NCBI GenBank assembly: GCA_030610855.1 | Contig: JAUWQY010000001.1 | Coordinates: 1,628-65,627, forward strand | Direction: 5' to 3' | Length of the DNA stretch: 64,000 nt | Source of the DNA: Dehalococcoidia bacterium | GTDB taxonomy: Bacteria; Chloroflexota; Dehalococcoidia; GIF9; AB-539-J10 | In this document: piece by piece, positions 39,726 through 49,578 of the stretch | Layout of the letters: every line of letters begins with the position of its first letter | Position numbering within the stretch: the first letter of the stretch is position 1 | Position numbers and translations under genes: made by a program | Notes under the pieces: generated by a model | What the model saw: only the letters and a program-made list of their open reading frames with translations | What the model was told of the DNA's origin: nothing | Databases searched by the model: none

Positions 39726-39861
39726 CCACCCGGCTTCTCGGTCCGGGTCTGCGTGACATCATGGCAACCCGCCGCCAACGACCTCGTTTTCATCTACCAT
39801 CGTACTGTTCCGGAAGCTAGTACTTGAAGCAGGTAATCGCGCAGCTGAGTTTAGGCCTCAG

Positions 39862-40467
39862 CTATCTCGAAGATGGCAGGTAGATCTTCTGTTCTGTTAT
39901 GTATTCTTCTACTTCCGCGGGCACGAGATAACGAATGGACAACCCCTGGCCTACGCGGTGACGGATTCCCGAAGAGCTAATCTCGATTACAGGCATATCC
40001 AGCTTAACGACTCTGTCCGGTAGCTCAGGAATTGACGTTTCTAAGTGCTTCAGATCCTTTGTGCCTAATCTAGGGGCAACGACGAACCTGCATATTTGAA
40101 CTAATCTCCTGGGTTCCTTCCACAAAGGTAGCTCGGCCAGGGTATCGCGCCCGACGATGAAGAAAAGGCTTGCTTCGCTGCCTAGCTGCTCTCTCAGTAT
40201 CATCATGGTATCCACGGTGTAAGAGGGACCGGACCGCTCCACCTCGAGAGTACAGAGCTTGAAATGAGGATTGTTCCCTATGGCACGCCGCACCATCTCC
40301 ACTCTGTGCATTGCAGGGGAGATATGTCTGTCTAGCTTGAGCCAGGGCTGCCCGGCAGGCACGAAAAGAACCTCGTGCAATCCTAGCCTTATTCGTGCTT
40401 CCTCAGCGACAATGAGATGCCCTATGTGTATAGGATCAAATGTGCCGCCAAGGACGCCAATATTCAC
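39862..40467 (-). CDS. nadD: nicotinate-nucleotide adenylyltransferase
   Basis: GGTFDPIHIGH motif. Confidence 0.9.
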   Translation of the reverse strand: MNIGVLGGTFDPIHIGHLIVAEEARIRLGLHEVLFVPAGQPWLKLDRHISPAMHRVEMVRRAIGNNPHFKLCTLEVERSGPSYTVDTMMILREQLGSEASLFFIVGRDTLAELPLWKEPRRLVQICRFVVAPRLGTKDLKHLETSIPELPDRVVKLDMPVIEISSSGIRHRVGQGLSIRYLVPAEVEEYITEQKIYLPSSR

Positions 40468-40471
40468 TGCT

Positions 40472-41545
40472 CTATCTTCTCGGCTTGGGGCGGAATACTG
40501 CTATTTGAGGATCGGAGGTTGTTTCCTCAGCCTGCCTTCCCTGCTCCACCGTCTCCATCGCTCTTCTCACCAATTCTAACACAGCTTGGCCGCTAACGGC
40601 AGAGATGTAGAAGACAGGCACCTCAAGTTCATCGAGCTTTTGCCTGACCTCAGACACACCAGCCTGCGCCTGGGGCAAATCCACCTTGTTTACGGCCACG
40701 ATTCTTGGCTTCCGCGTCAAGTCCGGTTTGTATAGGGCTATCTCTCGATCCAGTTGACTCAGGTCCTCCATCACCATCGGCGAACTGCCATCGAGCAAGA
40801 GAATCAGTAGCTTAGTTCTCTCAGCATGGCGCAGAAAGCCGTTTCCCAATCCTTTACCAAGATGGGCACCTGCAACAAGGCCAGGGATTTCAGCAACAAC
40901 AAAATCCCTCCTGTCGCCTGGCATGACTCCCAAAACCGGCTCGCGCGTAGTAAAGGGGTAATCCGCAATCTCCGGTTTGGCTTTCGATATGCTGGATAGC
41001 AAAGTCGATTTCCCCGAGTTGGGATGGCCGACGATACATATATCGGTAACGGGCTTGAGCTCCAGGACAATACATCGCTCTTCTCCTGCTTTACCCTGGG
41101 TAGCTACCTCAGGAGCCTGGTTCACAGCGGTGGCAAAACGAACGTTGCCCAGTCCTCCCCGCCCCCCCCTGGCCACCACGATCTCTTGCCCTGGAGTGCT
41201 CAAATCAGAGAGCAGTGTCTCCATCCCGGAGTCACCGTCTGCGAACACCATCGTGCCCACCGGCATGGGAATAGTTAGATCCTCCCCTTTCTTACCCCGC
41301 TTCCGCCATCCGCTTCCGTGGTCACCATTACCAGCGCGAAATTCCTGCCGCTGCCTCATCAAGCTTAGATCATCTATATCAGGACTGGCAACGATGGTCA
41401 CACTACCACCATCTCCCCCGTCTCCCCCATCGGGACCGCCGAAAGGAACGTATTTCTCCCTCCGAAAGCTAACACAGCCATATCCACCATATCCACCCCT
41501 CACTATGATCTCTCTTCTGTATAGCATAACTAAATAGCCTAACAT
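40472..41545 (-). CDS. obg: GTPase Obg
   Basis: Gly-rich Obg fold (GGDGGDGG) and G-domain (GHPNSGKSTLL). Confidence 0.9.
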   Translation of the reverse strand: MLGYLVMLYRREIIVRGGYGGYGCVSFRREKYVPFGGPDGGDGGDGGSVTIVASPDIDDLSLMRQRQEFRAGNGDHGSGWRKRGKKGEDLTIPMPVGTMVFADGDSGMETLLSDLSTPGQEIVVARGGRGGLGNVRFATAVNQAPEVATQGKAGEERCIVLELKPVTDICIVGHPNSGKSTLLSSISKAKPEIADYPFTTREPVLGVMPGDRRDFVVAEIPGLVAGAHLGKGLGNGFLRHAERTKLLILLLDGSSPMVMEDLSQLDREIALYKPDLTRKPRIVAVNKVDLPQAQAGVSEVRQKLDELEVPVFYISAVSGQAVLELVRRAMETVEQGRQAEETTSDPQIAVFRPKPRR

Positions 41546-41673
41546 AAACTTAAGTATATTAATAAGTTAATACTACTAATCATAAGCAATATTATGGTGA
41601 TGGCAGTATATAGTGAGAAGGGTCAGGGTCTGGAAGCGAACTTCGCCCGGAAAAGCAACAGCTTATTCACAAA
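41546..41673. other. AT-rich (~70% AT) segment with a TTATTCACA DnaA-box adjacent to the dnaA 3' end: candidate oriC/DUE element
   Basis: The 95-nt stretch 41546-41640 is far more AT-rich than the rest of the window. TTATNCACA match at 41664-41672. Only one box found. Confidence 0.3.
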
Positions 41674-43032
41674 TCAGTATCGGTTCTGCACAGGTTGTTG
41701 CTTGTTTCTATGGGTCTTCCCGGCATTGATCTTCTCTTTCATTTCGGCGATTTGATTAGAGAGAGTAGGGTTAACATTCAATTCGCCAGCTATCTTCTCG
41801 TAGCCATGAAGGATCGTGGCGTGGTTTCTGCCGCCCAATTGTCTGCCGATTTCGCTTAGAGAGCAGTCGCGCTCCTCGCGTATGAGATAGATGGCTACGT
41901 GTCGTGCCAGGGTAGTCTTCCTATCCCTTTTCTTGCCAATCAGGTCTTCCGTCGACAGATCGAAATGGTCCGCTACTACTTGCAGGAGCATCTTCATGTC
42001 TTGCTTACGGATCGGGCCTGTCAATAACTTGTTGATTGTCTGTGGAGTGAGCTTAGCACCGGTCAGTTTGGCCTGGGCAGTCAGGTAAACCAGGGCACCT
42101 TCAAGCTGGCGGACGTTCCCGCATACCTTCTGCGCTACAACGTGCAGCACTCCTTCGAGTTGATGGCTCATCGCCTTTTCTGTCTTGGCCCGCAGAATAT
42201 CGATGCGGGTTTCAAGATCCGGCGGTTGTATGTCAACAACAAGACCTCCTTCGAGGCGTGATTTAAGCTTGCTACTAAGTGGCTGCATATCTCCAGGAGC
42301 GCAATCAGCAGTGATGACGATTTGACGGTTATTGCTGTATAGCTCGTTGAAGGTATGGAAGAAGCATTGCAGGGTTTGTTTCTTGTCGATCAAGAAGTGA
42401 ACGTCGTCAAACAGCAGGACATGGATACTTCTGAATTTGCTGCGGAACTTGTCAACTTGGTTATCTCTCACAGCTGCAACAAATTCGTTGGCGAATTGCT
42501 CCGCAGTAGTGTAGGCTGCCCGCAGTCCATTGTTTATGGTTAGATGCCCGATGGCGTGGAGTAGATGGGTCTTACCTTGTCCTGTGCTGCTGTGAATGAA
42601 AAGAGGGTTATAACTGGCTCCTGGGTTCTCAGCTACTTCTACAGCGGCAGCATAAGCCAGACGATTGAAATCGCTGACAACAAGGTTATCGAACGTGTAC
42701 TTTGGGTTGAATCTGTACTGCGCAGCTTTGGTGCTTGTCCCGCCGTCGGTCTGATGGGCCAGGGGGCTTGCTGATGGCTGTTCGTGATTGTGAACCTGGA
42801 ACTGCACATCGACATCCTTGCCCATAATGGCAATCAAAGTCTTCCTCACCAGGGGATAAAGGCGCCTGGACAGCCATTCAGCGACAAAAACGTTGGAGAC
42901 ACTGACGACGAAGATACTGTTGTCGTAGCTTAGACCCTGGCTATCACTGAGCCAGGTTGCATAATTCGCCTTGCTGACCTGTATTTGAAGGTCCCCTAGA
43001 ACTCTCTTCCAAATCTCTTTCGCTGACTGCAA
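41674..43032 (-). CDS. dnaA: chromosomal replication initiator protein DnaA
   Basis: AAA+ Walker A GQGKTHLLHAIG and C-terminal DnaA-box-binding domain. TTG start. Confidence 0.9.
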   Translation of the reverse strand: MQSAKEIWKRVLGDLQIQVSKANYATWLSDSQGLSYDNSIFVVSVSNVFVAEWLSRRLYPLVRKTLIAIMGKDVDVQFQVHNHEQPSASPLAHQTDGGTSTKAAQYRFNPKYTFDNLVVSDFNRLAYAAAVEVAENPGASYNPLFIHSSTGQGKTHLLHAIGHLTINNGLRAAYTTAEQFANEFVAAVRDNQVDKFRSKFRSIHVLLFDDVHFLIDKKQTLQCFFHTFNELYSNNRQIVITADCAPGDMQPLSSKLKSRLEGGLVVDIQPPDLETRIDILRAKTEKAMSHQLEGVLHVVAQKVCGNVRQLEGALVYLTAQAKLTGAKLTPQTINKLLTGPIRKQDMKMLLQVVADHFDLSTEDLIGKKRDRKTTLARHVAIYLIREERDCSLSEIGRQLGGRNHATILHGYEKIAGELNVNPTLSNQIAEMKEKINAGKTHRNKQQPVQNRY

Positions 43033-43199
43033 TTTGTCCCCACTTCCGAAACCACTCAGCTACAAAGATAGCTGAAAGGAGTACTAAGGCGAGGGTAAGA
43101 CCTCTGGTGCTGCCTGTTCAGAGAATACCAAGTCTTGCCAAGCTTCCTCTAGGCAATCTTTGACATAATGAAAGAAATTATTGAAAATAGTCCTTTCAC

Positions 43200-44144
43200 A
43201 TGAAAGCGCGCACCCTTTTCATGGGCACTCCGCAATTCGCTGTGACAATACTGGAGTCTTTGCTTCGGAGTCGCTGCCAGGTGCTTGCTGTGTACACTCA
43301 GCCCGACAAGCCAGCTGGGAGGGGGCACCGGGTTGCCTTTTCTCCCGTCAAGAGGCTGGCGTTTGCGCGGCAAATACCGGTTATTCAGCCGGAGACCCTC
43401 AAATCTGTCGAGGCGGTGGAGGAGATGGTGAGCTTCCAGCCCGAGCTAATAATTGTGGCGGCCTTTGCCTTTATTCTCCCCGCCGAAGTGCTTGCGATGC
43501 CCAGATTCGGTTGTCTGAACATTCATCCTTCGTTGTTGCCGCGGCATCGAGGTGCGTCTCCAGTTGCCAATGCCATTCTTTGCGGAGATGGAAGTACCGG
43601 CGTTACCGTAATGCTGATGGACAGCGGCATGGATACCGGGCCGATTCTATGCCAGGAAGAAGCGAGGATTTCCGTTATGGACACCACAGGCTCGCTTAGC
43701 CCCAGACTGGCTGATGTGGGTGCCGGTCTTCTGCTGAGAACTTTGCCCGAGTGGCTTGGGGGCGAGCTCAAACCACGAGTTCAGGATGAGTCCCGGGCCA
43801 CTTATAGTAAGGTAATAGCCGGGGAAGATGCCGAGATTGATTGGCAACTCTCCGCACTCGAGCTCTGGCGGGGAGTAAGGGCGTACAATCCCTGGCCGGG
43901 CTGCTACACCTGGTGGCGAACGAAACGGCTCAAAATCCATGAGGCTATGCCTCTTGACTGTGCTGCGAGAGGAGAACCGGGGGAAGTAATAGCCCTGGCA
44001 GAGCCGCCTGGAGTCGGGGTGATAACCGGTCACGGTGTTTTGAGGCTTGGGCAGGTCCAACTGGAGGGAAAACACAAAATGCCGGTCGATAACTTCGTCC
44101 TTGGGAAAAGAGACTTCATCGGTTCCGTCCTGGGACGAATGTAG
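43200..44144 (+). CDS. fmt: methionyl-tRNA formyltransferase
   Basis: HPSLLPRHRGASP motif. About 314 aa with a C-terminal domain. Confidence 0.9.
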   Translation: MKARTLFMGTPQFAVTILESLLRSRCQVLAVYTQPDKPAGRGHRVAFSPVKRLAFARQIPVIQPETLKSVEAVEEMVSFQPELIIVAAFAFILPAEVLAMPRFGCLNIHPSLLPRHRGASPVANAILCGDGSTGVTVMLMDSGMDTGPILCQEEARISVMDTTGSLSPRLADVGAGLLLRTLPEWLGGELKPRVQDESRATYSKVIAGEDAEIDWQLSALELWRGVRAYNPWPGCYTWWRTKRLKIHEAMPLDCAARGEPGEVIALAEPPGVGVITGHGVLRLGQVQLEGKHKMPVDNFVLGKRDFIGSVLGRM

Positions 44145-44158
44145 TTCCTCCTGTTCTC

Positions 44159-44776
44159 CTACGCCCGCTTTCGACGCCGCTGTCCTTTCCTCAACAATGA
44201 GTAAATTCCCTCTACTTGCCGTCTTGTCTCGTCCAGCGAACCATCATTATCAATGACGAAGTCGGCCGACCTGGTTTTTTCCTCAAGAGGAAGCTGGGAT
44301 CTCATCCTGTTCCGGGCATCGTCCCGGCTTAGTCCTTTTTCCTCTAATCGTCTTAACTGGGTCTGTTCACTGGCAGAAACAACGATCGTCTTATCCACAG
44401 ATATAGGGAGAGCGGCTTCATGCAGTAACGGAATGTCCTTGACAATAAGAGCATCGGGATCAAGGCTGTTGATCTCCTCTGTAATCCTCTCGTCCTCCTT
44501 AACCACCTCCGGATGAACAATCTGATTTAGCCTGGCCACCTTTTCCTTGTTGGAGAATACTATATCGGCCAGCTTTTGGCGATTGAGGGCCAGGTCTTCG
44601 TTTAGGAAATCGTTTCCGAAACACTCTACTATTTCTTTCCAGGCCTTTGAGTGAGGACGGACCACCTGCCGGGCCAACTCATCCCAATCAATTATGTAAG
44701 CCCCCAGTTGTTTGAAAAGACCGGCTACCGTGCTTTTGCCAGTGCCTATACTTCCTGTAAGACCGACAATAATCAT
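44159..44776 (-). CDS. coaE: dephospho-CoA kinase
   Basis: GLTGSIGTGKST P-loop. Confidence 0.9.
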   Translation of the reverse strand: MIIVGLTGSIGTGKSTVAGLFKQLGAYIIDWDELARQVVRPHSKAWKEIVECFGNDFLNEDLALNRQKLADIVFSNKEKVARLNQIVHPEVVKEDERITEEINSLDPDALIVKDIPLLHEAALPISVDKTIVVSASEQTQLRRLEEKGLSRDDARNRMRSQLPLEEKTRSADFVIDNDGSLDETRRQVEGIYSLLRKGQRRRKRA

Positions 44777-45495
44777 CAGTTCGCCCCTTGTGCGTCACCT
44801 CTCTTAGCTAACAACCTTCCATAGTAAGGAGATTTCGACAAATACAGGGCGGCCAAAGGATTGTGCCCTGTAACTCTGTCTTTTACCGCCAGCACTGTCA
44901 TGGGGACGCGACAGTATTTGATAAACAAGGTGTCGTGTCCGATGCAGAGTCCCAACATTATAGCCAGATCAACTTGCTCACTGTTGAGGACCTCTGCCTG
45001 AACGATGGGATTGCACAGGGATTCCCAGGTTTCAGGCCCCACAATATGCTGCTCAGGCTTGATGCCGACTCTCTGCTTAGGCGTAGCACCCGATTTGCAG
45101 CAAACAGAGACAACTTCAAATCCCTTGCTTTCCAGAACATCAGTGAGCATCTGAGCTTCTTTTCTCAGACCGAGGCAGAAAGCCATGCCCAATCTCTTGT
45201 AGCCACACTTAGAGGCAAACTGAGTTAGCTCTTCGATACGGGGGATCTTGGTTCTCATCCCCTCCTCCGTCCGTTCATAGCATTCAAACTCCTGTATCGA
45301 GGCCAGGCGCGCGAATTCCTTGACTGCCGGCTTGTCATATTCAGAGACAGCTCTATCGACAAGCTCGGGGAACAATCTCATGGGGCAGAAGGAAGGCGCT
45401 TCATCCAAGGTAGGTGCCTCATCAATCCCTATAGCAGGGCTACACACCACCTTGGCACATTTGGCACACATGGGATGTAGTGCGTCAGTCATCAT
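44776..45495 (-). CDS. Cys-rich hypothetical protein (possibly DUF1847-type metal-binding)
   Basis: 239-aa ORF with MCAKCAK N-terminus and several Cys pairs. Family assignment is from memory only. Confidence 0.6.
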   Translation of the reverse strand: MMTDALHPMCAKCAKVVCSPAIGIDEAPTLDEAPSFCPMRLFPELVDRAVSEYDKPAVKEFARLASIQEFECYERTEEGMRTKIPRIEELTQFASKCGYKRLGMAFCLGLRKEAQMLTDVLESKGFEVVSVCCKSGATPKQRVGIKPEQHIVGPETWESLCNPIVQAEVLNSEQVDLAIMLGLCIGHDTLFIKYCRVPMTVLAVKDRVTGHNPLAALYLSKSPYYGRLLAKRGDAQGAN

Positions 45496-45582
45496 TCAAA
45501 CCTCCTTGAGGCCTAATGGCCGCATACGTTGTCGCCTGTTGCCTGCTTACCTCTTACATAACCCAGAAGGACCTTCTCGGGG

Positions 45583-45852
45583 TTATCGCCGAGCGCGCCA
45601 ACAACCATTTGGGTGGCCGCCTTTTGCGAGAAGGGTTCGGGCGCGCGAGCCCATGCCGCTAGCTATGACAACGCAAGCGCCTTGTTCAGTCAACCAGGCG
45701 GGAAGAAACCCGGGTCGATGTCCTGGCGACGGCATGACCTCCTTCCTCACGATCGCGGTAGTAACCTCATCAACGTCAGACAGGGAGAAATAGCTGTGAT
45801 GGCCACAGTCGGCAGCCATCTTCTGTTCTGCTATAGGCGCCGCCAATCTCAT
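45583..45852 (-). CDS. NifX/NifB-like (dinitrogenase FeMo-cofactor-binding fold) small protein
   Basis: MRLAAPIAE...GHHSYFSL.DVDE...VIASGMGSRARTLL matches the Nitro_FeMo-Co domain pattern. AGGAGGG RBS. Confidence 0.65.
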   Translation of the reverse strand: MRLAAPIAEQKMAADCGHHSYFSLSDVDEVTTAIVRKEVMPSPGHRPGFLPAWLTEQGACVVIASGMGSRARTLLAKGGHPNGCWRARR

Positions 45853-46093
45853 TTCCTATCCCTCCTGCAAGTGTCTTCTGAGGAGCAAGGAGGCATCTCA
45901 CAGCGTTCCGTCTTGCCACAACAGGTCGTGCCTGGTACAGAGCACTGGTCTTTAAGGCATGGGTAGCTGAGAGCAGCCTCTCTAGCTTGTCACTGCCACA
46001 CACCGGACATTGTACACCCTGGCTGTTAAGGGTGCGGAGAAACATCTCCGGAAGGCTCCCGCATTCCAAGCATTTGTACTCATAAATTGGCAT
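45776..46093 (-). CDS. FmdB-family zinc-ribbon protein
   Basis: MPIYEYKCLECGSLPE...CPVCGSDKLERLLSA is a CxxC...CxxC zinc ribbon. AGGAGGT RBS. Internal start at 46093 chosen. Its 3' end overlaps the next gene. Confidence 0.6.
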   Translation of the reverse strand: MPIYEYKCLECGSLPEMFLRTLNSQGVQCPVCGSDKLERLLSATHALKTSALYQARPVVARRNAVRCLLAPQKTLAGGIGNEIGGAYSRTEDGCRLWPSQLFLPV

Positions 46094-46205
46094 CTCTACC
46101 TCCTGGGTTTCTGGTTTTGCTGAAATGACCAGCCATAGCTGTTCTGTACATGAAATGCCTGGCTTTCCCATATTGCCAGGCAAGGTTCCTCCATCGCTTG
46201 CAGTA

Positions 46206-46985
46206 TCAAACAAGATAGCCTTTAGGACCAGGACGGCGACGCAATGTCTCCACAAGATCAAGCGGCCTGACTTCACGTCTTGGCGCTTCATATACAGTAA
46301 CTACATTCCGAAGATTGCTGAACTTGGCTCGAATGCTAGCTACATTTTCGGGCGGCAGTGGTTTCACCTTCGATGGGCGCAGGGGTGTGTTTATCTGCAC
46401 CTCGTCGGGCGAAATGCTACGGGCAAGCTCCGCTACCTTTTCGGCATAACCCTCATTAGTCTGCATAAACATTACCTGAAGGGCCAGTTTGCCCTGGTAT
46501 GCGCCCCTGAATCGCCTCATGCCATCCAATATGAGGTCAAAACGCAAGCCCGAGGCCGGCCTGTTGACTAAGGAAAAGAGCTCGTCGTTTGGTACATCCA
46601 GCTTGGCCACTACCACGTCAGCCCGGGCGAGGCGCTCCCTTACATCTTCGCGGAACATGAGAGAACCATTCGTGAGCACTGCTGTCGGCAAATCCAAAAT
46701 CGACCTTGCAAGCTCAATCGCCTCACCCAGGTTACTGGCCAGGGAGGGCTCACCCATGCCAGAGAAAGTGGCGTAGTCAGCATCTATCGGCCTAAGGGAC
46801 TCGATTTCACTGGTCAGTTGGTCCAAGCTGATGAATTCCTCTGGCTCGACGACAAAACGGGTGGTCTCACCTAACTGGCAATAGACGCAGTTGAAGGTAC
46901 AGATTTTCCTCTTGGCATTGAGAAGGTCTATACCCAGTGATCTGCCCAACCTCCATGAAGCAACAGGCCCGTAAACAAGTGCCAT
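46206..46985 (-). CDS. radical SAM domain protein
   Basis: CTFNCVYCQ CxxxCxxC motif and GMGEP motif. 259 aa. Subfamily not assignable by eye. Confidence 0.8.
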   Translation of the reverse strand: MALVYGPVASWRLGRSLGIDLLNAKRKICTFNCVYCQLGETTRFVVEPEEFISLDQLTSEIESLRPIDADYATFSGMGEPSLASNLGEAIELARSILDLPTAVLTNGSLMFREDVRERLARADVVVAKLDVPNDELFSLVNRPASGLRFDLILDGMRRFRGAYQGKLALQVMFMQTNEGYAEKVAELARSISPDEVQINTPLRPSKVKPLPPENVASIRAKFSNLRNVVTVYEAPRREVRPLDLVETLRRRPGPKGYLV

Positions 46986-47223
46986 TTCAGTATTTAACCT
47001 TCATACTTGATTTAACGTCCGTCAATGTGCCCCGGAATCCAGTGCCACCGTTGATGCCGGCCATCCTTGCCCGGTTCATCAAGGCCGGCATCTCGGGGAG
47101 CATGCTTGATATGGGCCAAACCATAACCTCTCGATCTGCAATTCGCCGACGAGCCTTTCAGTAGTCTTACGTCAACGCGATGTGCCGCCTATAGAAACAA
47201 CGGGAGGCATTTTCCCGTCCTCC

Positions 47224-47673
47224 TTAGTGCTTACGGTATGCTCTCTTCCAGGGCTCTCGTTTCGTTGCGATGTAGTCTCTTATGGCTGCTTGGAGCGTAT
47301 TCGCCGCCAGCAGAGCGCAATGCTCACTTTCGTCAGGCAGTCCGCCCAGGGCGTCCAGCACATCACGCTGCGTCATTTTCTGAGCTTCGCTGATGCTCTT
47401 GCCCTTGGCTATCTCTGTGACCATGCTGCCAGAGGCAATGCTGCTACCGCAGCCATCGGTCATAAAGGTGGCATCGACAATGGCATCATTGTTGACCTTG
47501 AGCCATATTTCCATTGTGTCACCGCAGGGGCCTGTCACTCTTGCGAATGCGCCGGCGTTCTGCATAACACCCACGTTCCTCGGGGCCATGGCATGGTCGA
47601 TTACTGCTTCAGAGTAGATCCTGCGGGCATCCGCCAAAATCAACTCCTGGAGTTCCTGAGAGTCAGCAGACAT
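47224..47673 (-). CDS. iscU: Fe-S cluster assembly scaffold, NifU/IscU N-terminal-domain type
   Basis: Three conserved Cys motifs: GPCGD, DGCGSSIASGS and EHCALLAA. Confidence 0.85.
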   Translation of the reverse strand: MSADSQELQELILADARRIYSEAVIDHAMAPRNVGVMQNAGAFARVTGPCGDTMEIWLKVNNDAIVDATFMTDGCGSSIASGSMVTEIAKGKSISEAQKMTQRDVLDALGGLPDESEHCALLAANTLQAAIRDYIATKREPWKRAYRKH

Positions 47674-47688
47674 TCTTTTGCCTCCTGT

Positions 47689-48693
47689 TCATCTGCCACC
47701 AGCCGACACCACCTGGACCAGAGCTTCGCCCAGCCTGGTCACGATTTCATCGTCATAGCGTTCGATTTTACCCTCATCACAGAGTTTGGCTAGCTTGGGG
47801 TCTATGGGTAGCTGACCCAAGAACGGGGCATTGACGGCACGGGCTGTCTCTTCTCCCCGGCTCCGGCCAAAGACCTCAATCCTCTTATCTATCTCGGGTA
47901 CATACAGGTAACTCATATTCTCGACCACACCCAGAACGCGCTTCTCCATTTTCCGGACCATGTTCACCGCCTTGCGCACAATCATCTGAACCAGGTCCTG
48001 AGGGGTGAAAACGACGATTACCCCCGAAATCGGAAAGGACTGCATTAGTGTGAGCGGTGCGTCGGCAGTTCCCGGCGGCAGGTCAACAATTAGATAATCA
48101 AGCTTGCCCCAGAGCACGTCTTCACCAAACTGCTTGATGGTATTCCCAATTAGAGGGCCGCGCCAGATAATGGCATCATCCTCACTGGGTAGGAGAAGAT
48201 TGATAGACATGACTTCAATCCCTGACCCCGATAGTACCGGCAGAATTCCACCTTCGTTGCCACTGGGCCGAGCGCTGAGTCCGAACATCCTAGGTATGCT
48301 CGGGCCGGTAATATCAGCATCCAAAATGCCTACCTCATAGCCCTTACGCTTCAGGGCGATGGCGAGCAGACCTGATACCAGGGATTTGCCTACGCCTCCT
48401 TTACCGCTCATCACGGCAACAATGTGATCTATTTCGTTAAGGTCCTTTGCCTTGGCATCAGTATATTCAACATTCGCATCATTGACATCGGGCAGCTTCT
48501 CAATGACTTCCTTCGCCTTGGTCTTGATCCAGTCCTGTGCGTCTGGAATCAACCCCGTTGATGCCAGGGTGACGTTTACTTTCTCACCGGAAGCGGTGAC
48601 CTCACGCACCAGGTTCATCGCGACGATGCTGCGGTTGATACTAGGCACCAGTACTGCTTCCAGGCTCTCCCTTACTTGTTCTTCACTCGCCAC
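47689..48693 (-). CDS. apbC: Mrp/NBP35/ApbC-family Fe-S cluster carrier ATPase with N-terminal DUF59/MIP18 domain
   Basis: GKGGVGKS Walker A and CxxC. N-terminal MIP18-like segment. Confidence 0.9.
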   Translation of the reverse strand: MASEEQVRESLEAVLVPSINRSIVAMNLVREVTASGEKVNVTLASTGLIPDAQDWIKTKAKEVIEKLPDVNDANVEYTDAKAKDLNEIDHIVAVMSGKGGVGKSLVSGLLAIALKRKGYEVGILDADITGPSIPRMFGLSARPSGNEGGILPVLSGSGIEVMSINLLLPSEDDAIIWRGPLIGNTIKQFGEDVLWGKLDYLIVDLPPGTADAPLTLMQSFPISGVIVVFTPQDLVQMIVRKAVNMVRKMEKRVLGVVENMSYLYVPEIDKRIEVFGRSRGEETARAVNAPFLGQLPIDPKLAKLCDEGKIERYDDEIVTRLGEALVQVVSAGGR

Positions 48694-48716
48694 AAGTTTC
48701 CCTCCATTTCCATCTA

Positions 48717-49055
48717 TCAGTGGTCACAGATGTTACCCTCTGTAGCTAGTTGGCCGTTGAGATAACTCAGAACCGCCTTCTCTGGGTCACTTTCCACAGT
48801 GCCGACAACGACCCCGATGCAGTGCTGCTGGAAAAGGCTCTGCGCCCGGGATCCCATGCCACCGGCAATCACAAAGGCAACGCCTTGTTCTGCCAGCCAC
48901 TCCGGAAGAAGCCCCGGCTGGTGGCCCGGCGACGGTATAAGCTCTTTCCTGATTATTTCCCTCTTATTTTCATCAACATCGATCAGTGCGAAATATTCAC
49001 AATGACCAAAGTGCGGCGATACTATCCCGCCGTTTACCGGTATCGCATACCTCAT
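48717..49055 (-). CDS. NifX/NifB-like protein
   Basis: MRYAIPVNGGIVSPHFGHCEYFALIDVD...VIAGGMGSRAQ matches the family pattern. GGAGG RBS 5 nt before the ATG at 49055. Confidence 0.8.
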   Translation of the reverse strand: MRYAIPVNGGIVSPHFGHCEYFALIDVDENKREIIRKELIPSPGHQPGLLPEWLAEQGVAFVIAGGMGSRAQSLFQQHCIGVVVGTVESDPEKAVLSYLNGQLATEGNICDH

Positions 49056-49091
49056 AGTAACCTCCATCTATTGTTTTTTATTTTTGGTCCC

Positions 49092-49328
49092 TTAGTGCCG
49101 CCGGCAGGTGTCCCCGGTAGAGCAGGGCGGTGCGTTACAACGCTCGGTCTGGCCACAGCAGGTAGTGCCAGGAGCCTGACTACTCGTTCTGATTACATAG
49201 GATGAGGAAATGAGTCTCTCCAACTTTGCACTGCCACAATCAGGGCAGCGCGGGGCCTGCTCAGTACCTCGGACGAACACCTCTGATACCTTGCCGCATT
49301 CGAGACATCTGAAGTCGTGAATTGGCAT
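49092..49328 (-). CDS. FmdB-family zinc-ribbon protein with extra C-terminal Cys cluster
   Basis: MPIHDFRCLECG...CPDCGS, then a CCGQTERCNAPPCSTGDTC tail. Confidence 0.7.
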   Translation of the reverse strand: MPIHDFRCLECGKVSEVFVRGTEQAPRCPDCGSAKLERLISSSYVIRTSSQAPGTTCCGQTERCNAPPCSTGDTCRRH

Positions 49329-49377
49329 CTTTTGTACTAACTCCCTTCCAAACTCGTTTTACGTGAGATAGCCTGCC

Positions 49378-49572
49378 TCATAAACCGACGCTTCGGGTCG
49401 GACTGCTCAGCATACAAGAGCTGCCGGAAGTGGCAACGAAGGCTGAGAAAACACGGCGAGAGCTCTCTGTCCCGCACCTGGGATATTCTACTTCCCCGTC
49501 GCTATTGCTCATACTCCGTCGCAGGTCAAAACGTTCACCACATTTAAGACACTCGTATTCATAGATTGCCAC
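49378..49572 (-). CDS. FmdB-family zinc-ribbon protein
   Basis: MAIYEYECLKCGERFD...YPRCG. Confidence 0.65.
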   Translation of the reverse strand: MAIYEYECLKCGERFDLRRSMSNSDGEVEYPRCGTESSRRVFSAFVATSGSSCMLSSPTRSVGL

Positions 49573-49578
49573 GGTGTG

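Noticed and set aside
40977-41537. 186-aa Pro-rich plus-strand ORF
   Set aside because: Antisense to obg. The Pro runs are the complement of the Gly-rich GGDGGDGG Obg-fold codons.
44391-44399. Perfect consensus DnaA box TTATCCACA
   Set aside because: Isolated, inside the coaE coding sequence. A single 9-mer hit in 128 kb of double-strand sequence is expected by chance about 0.5 times.
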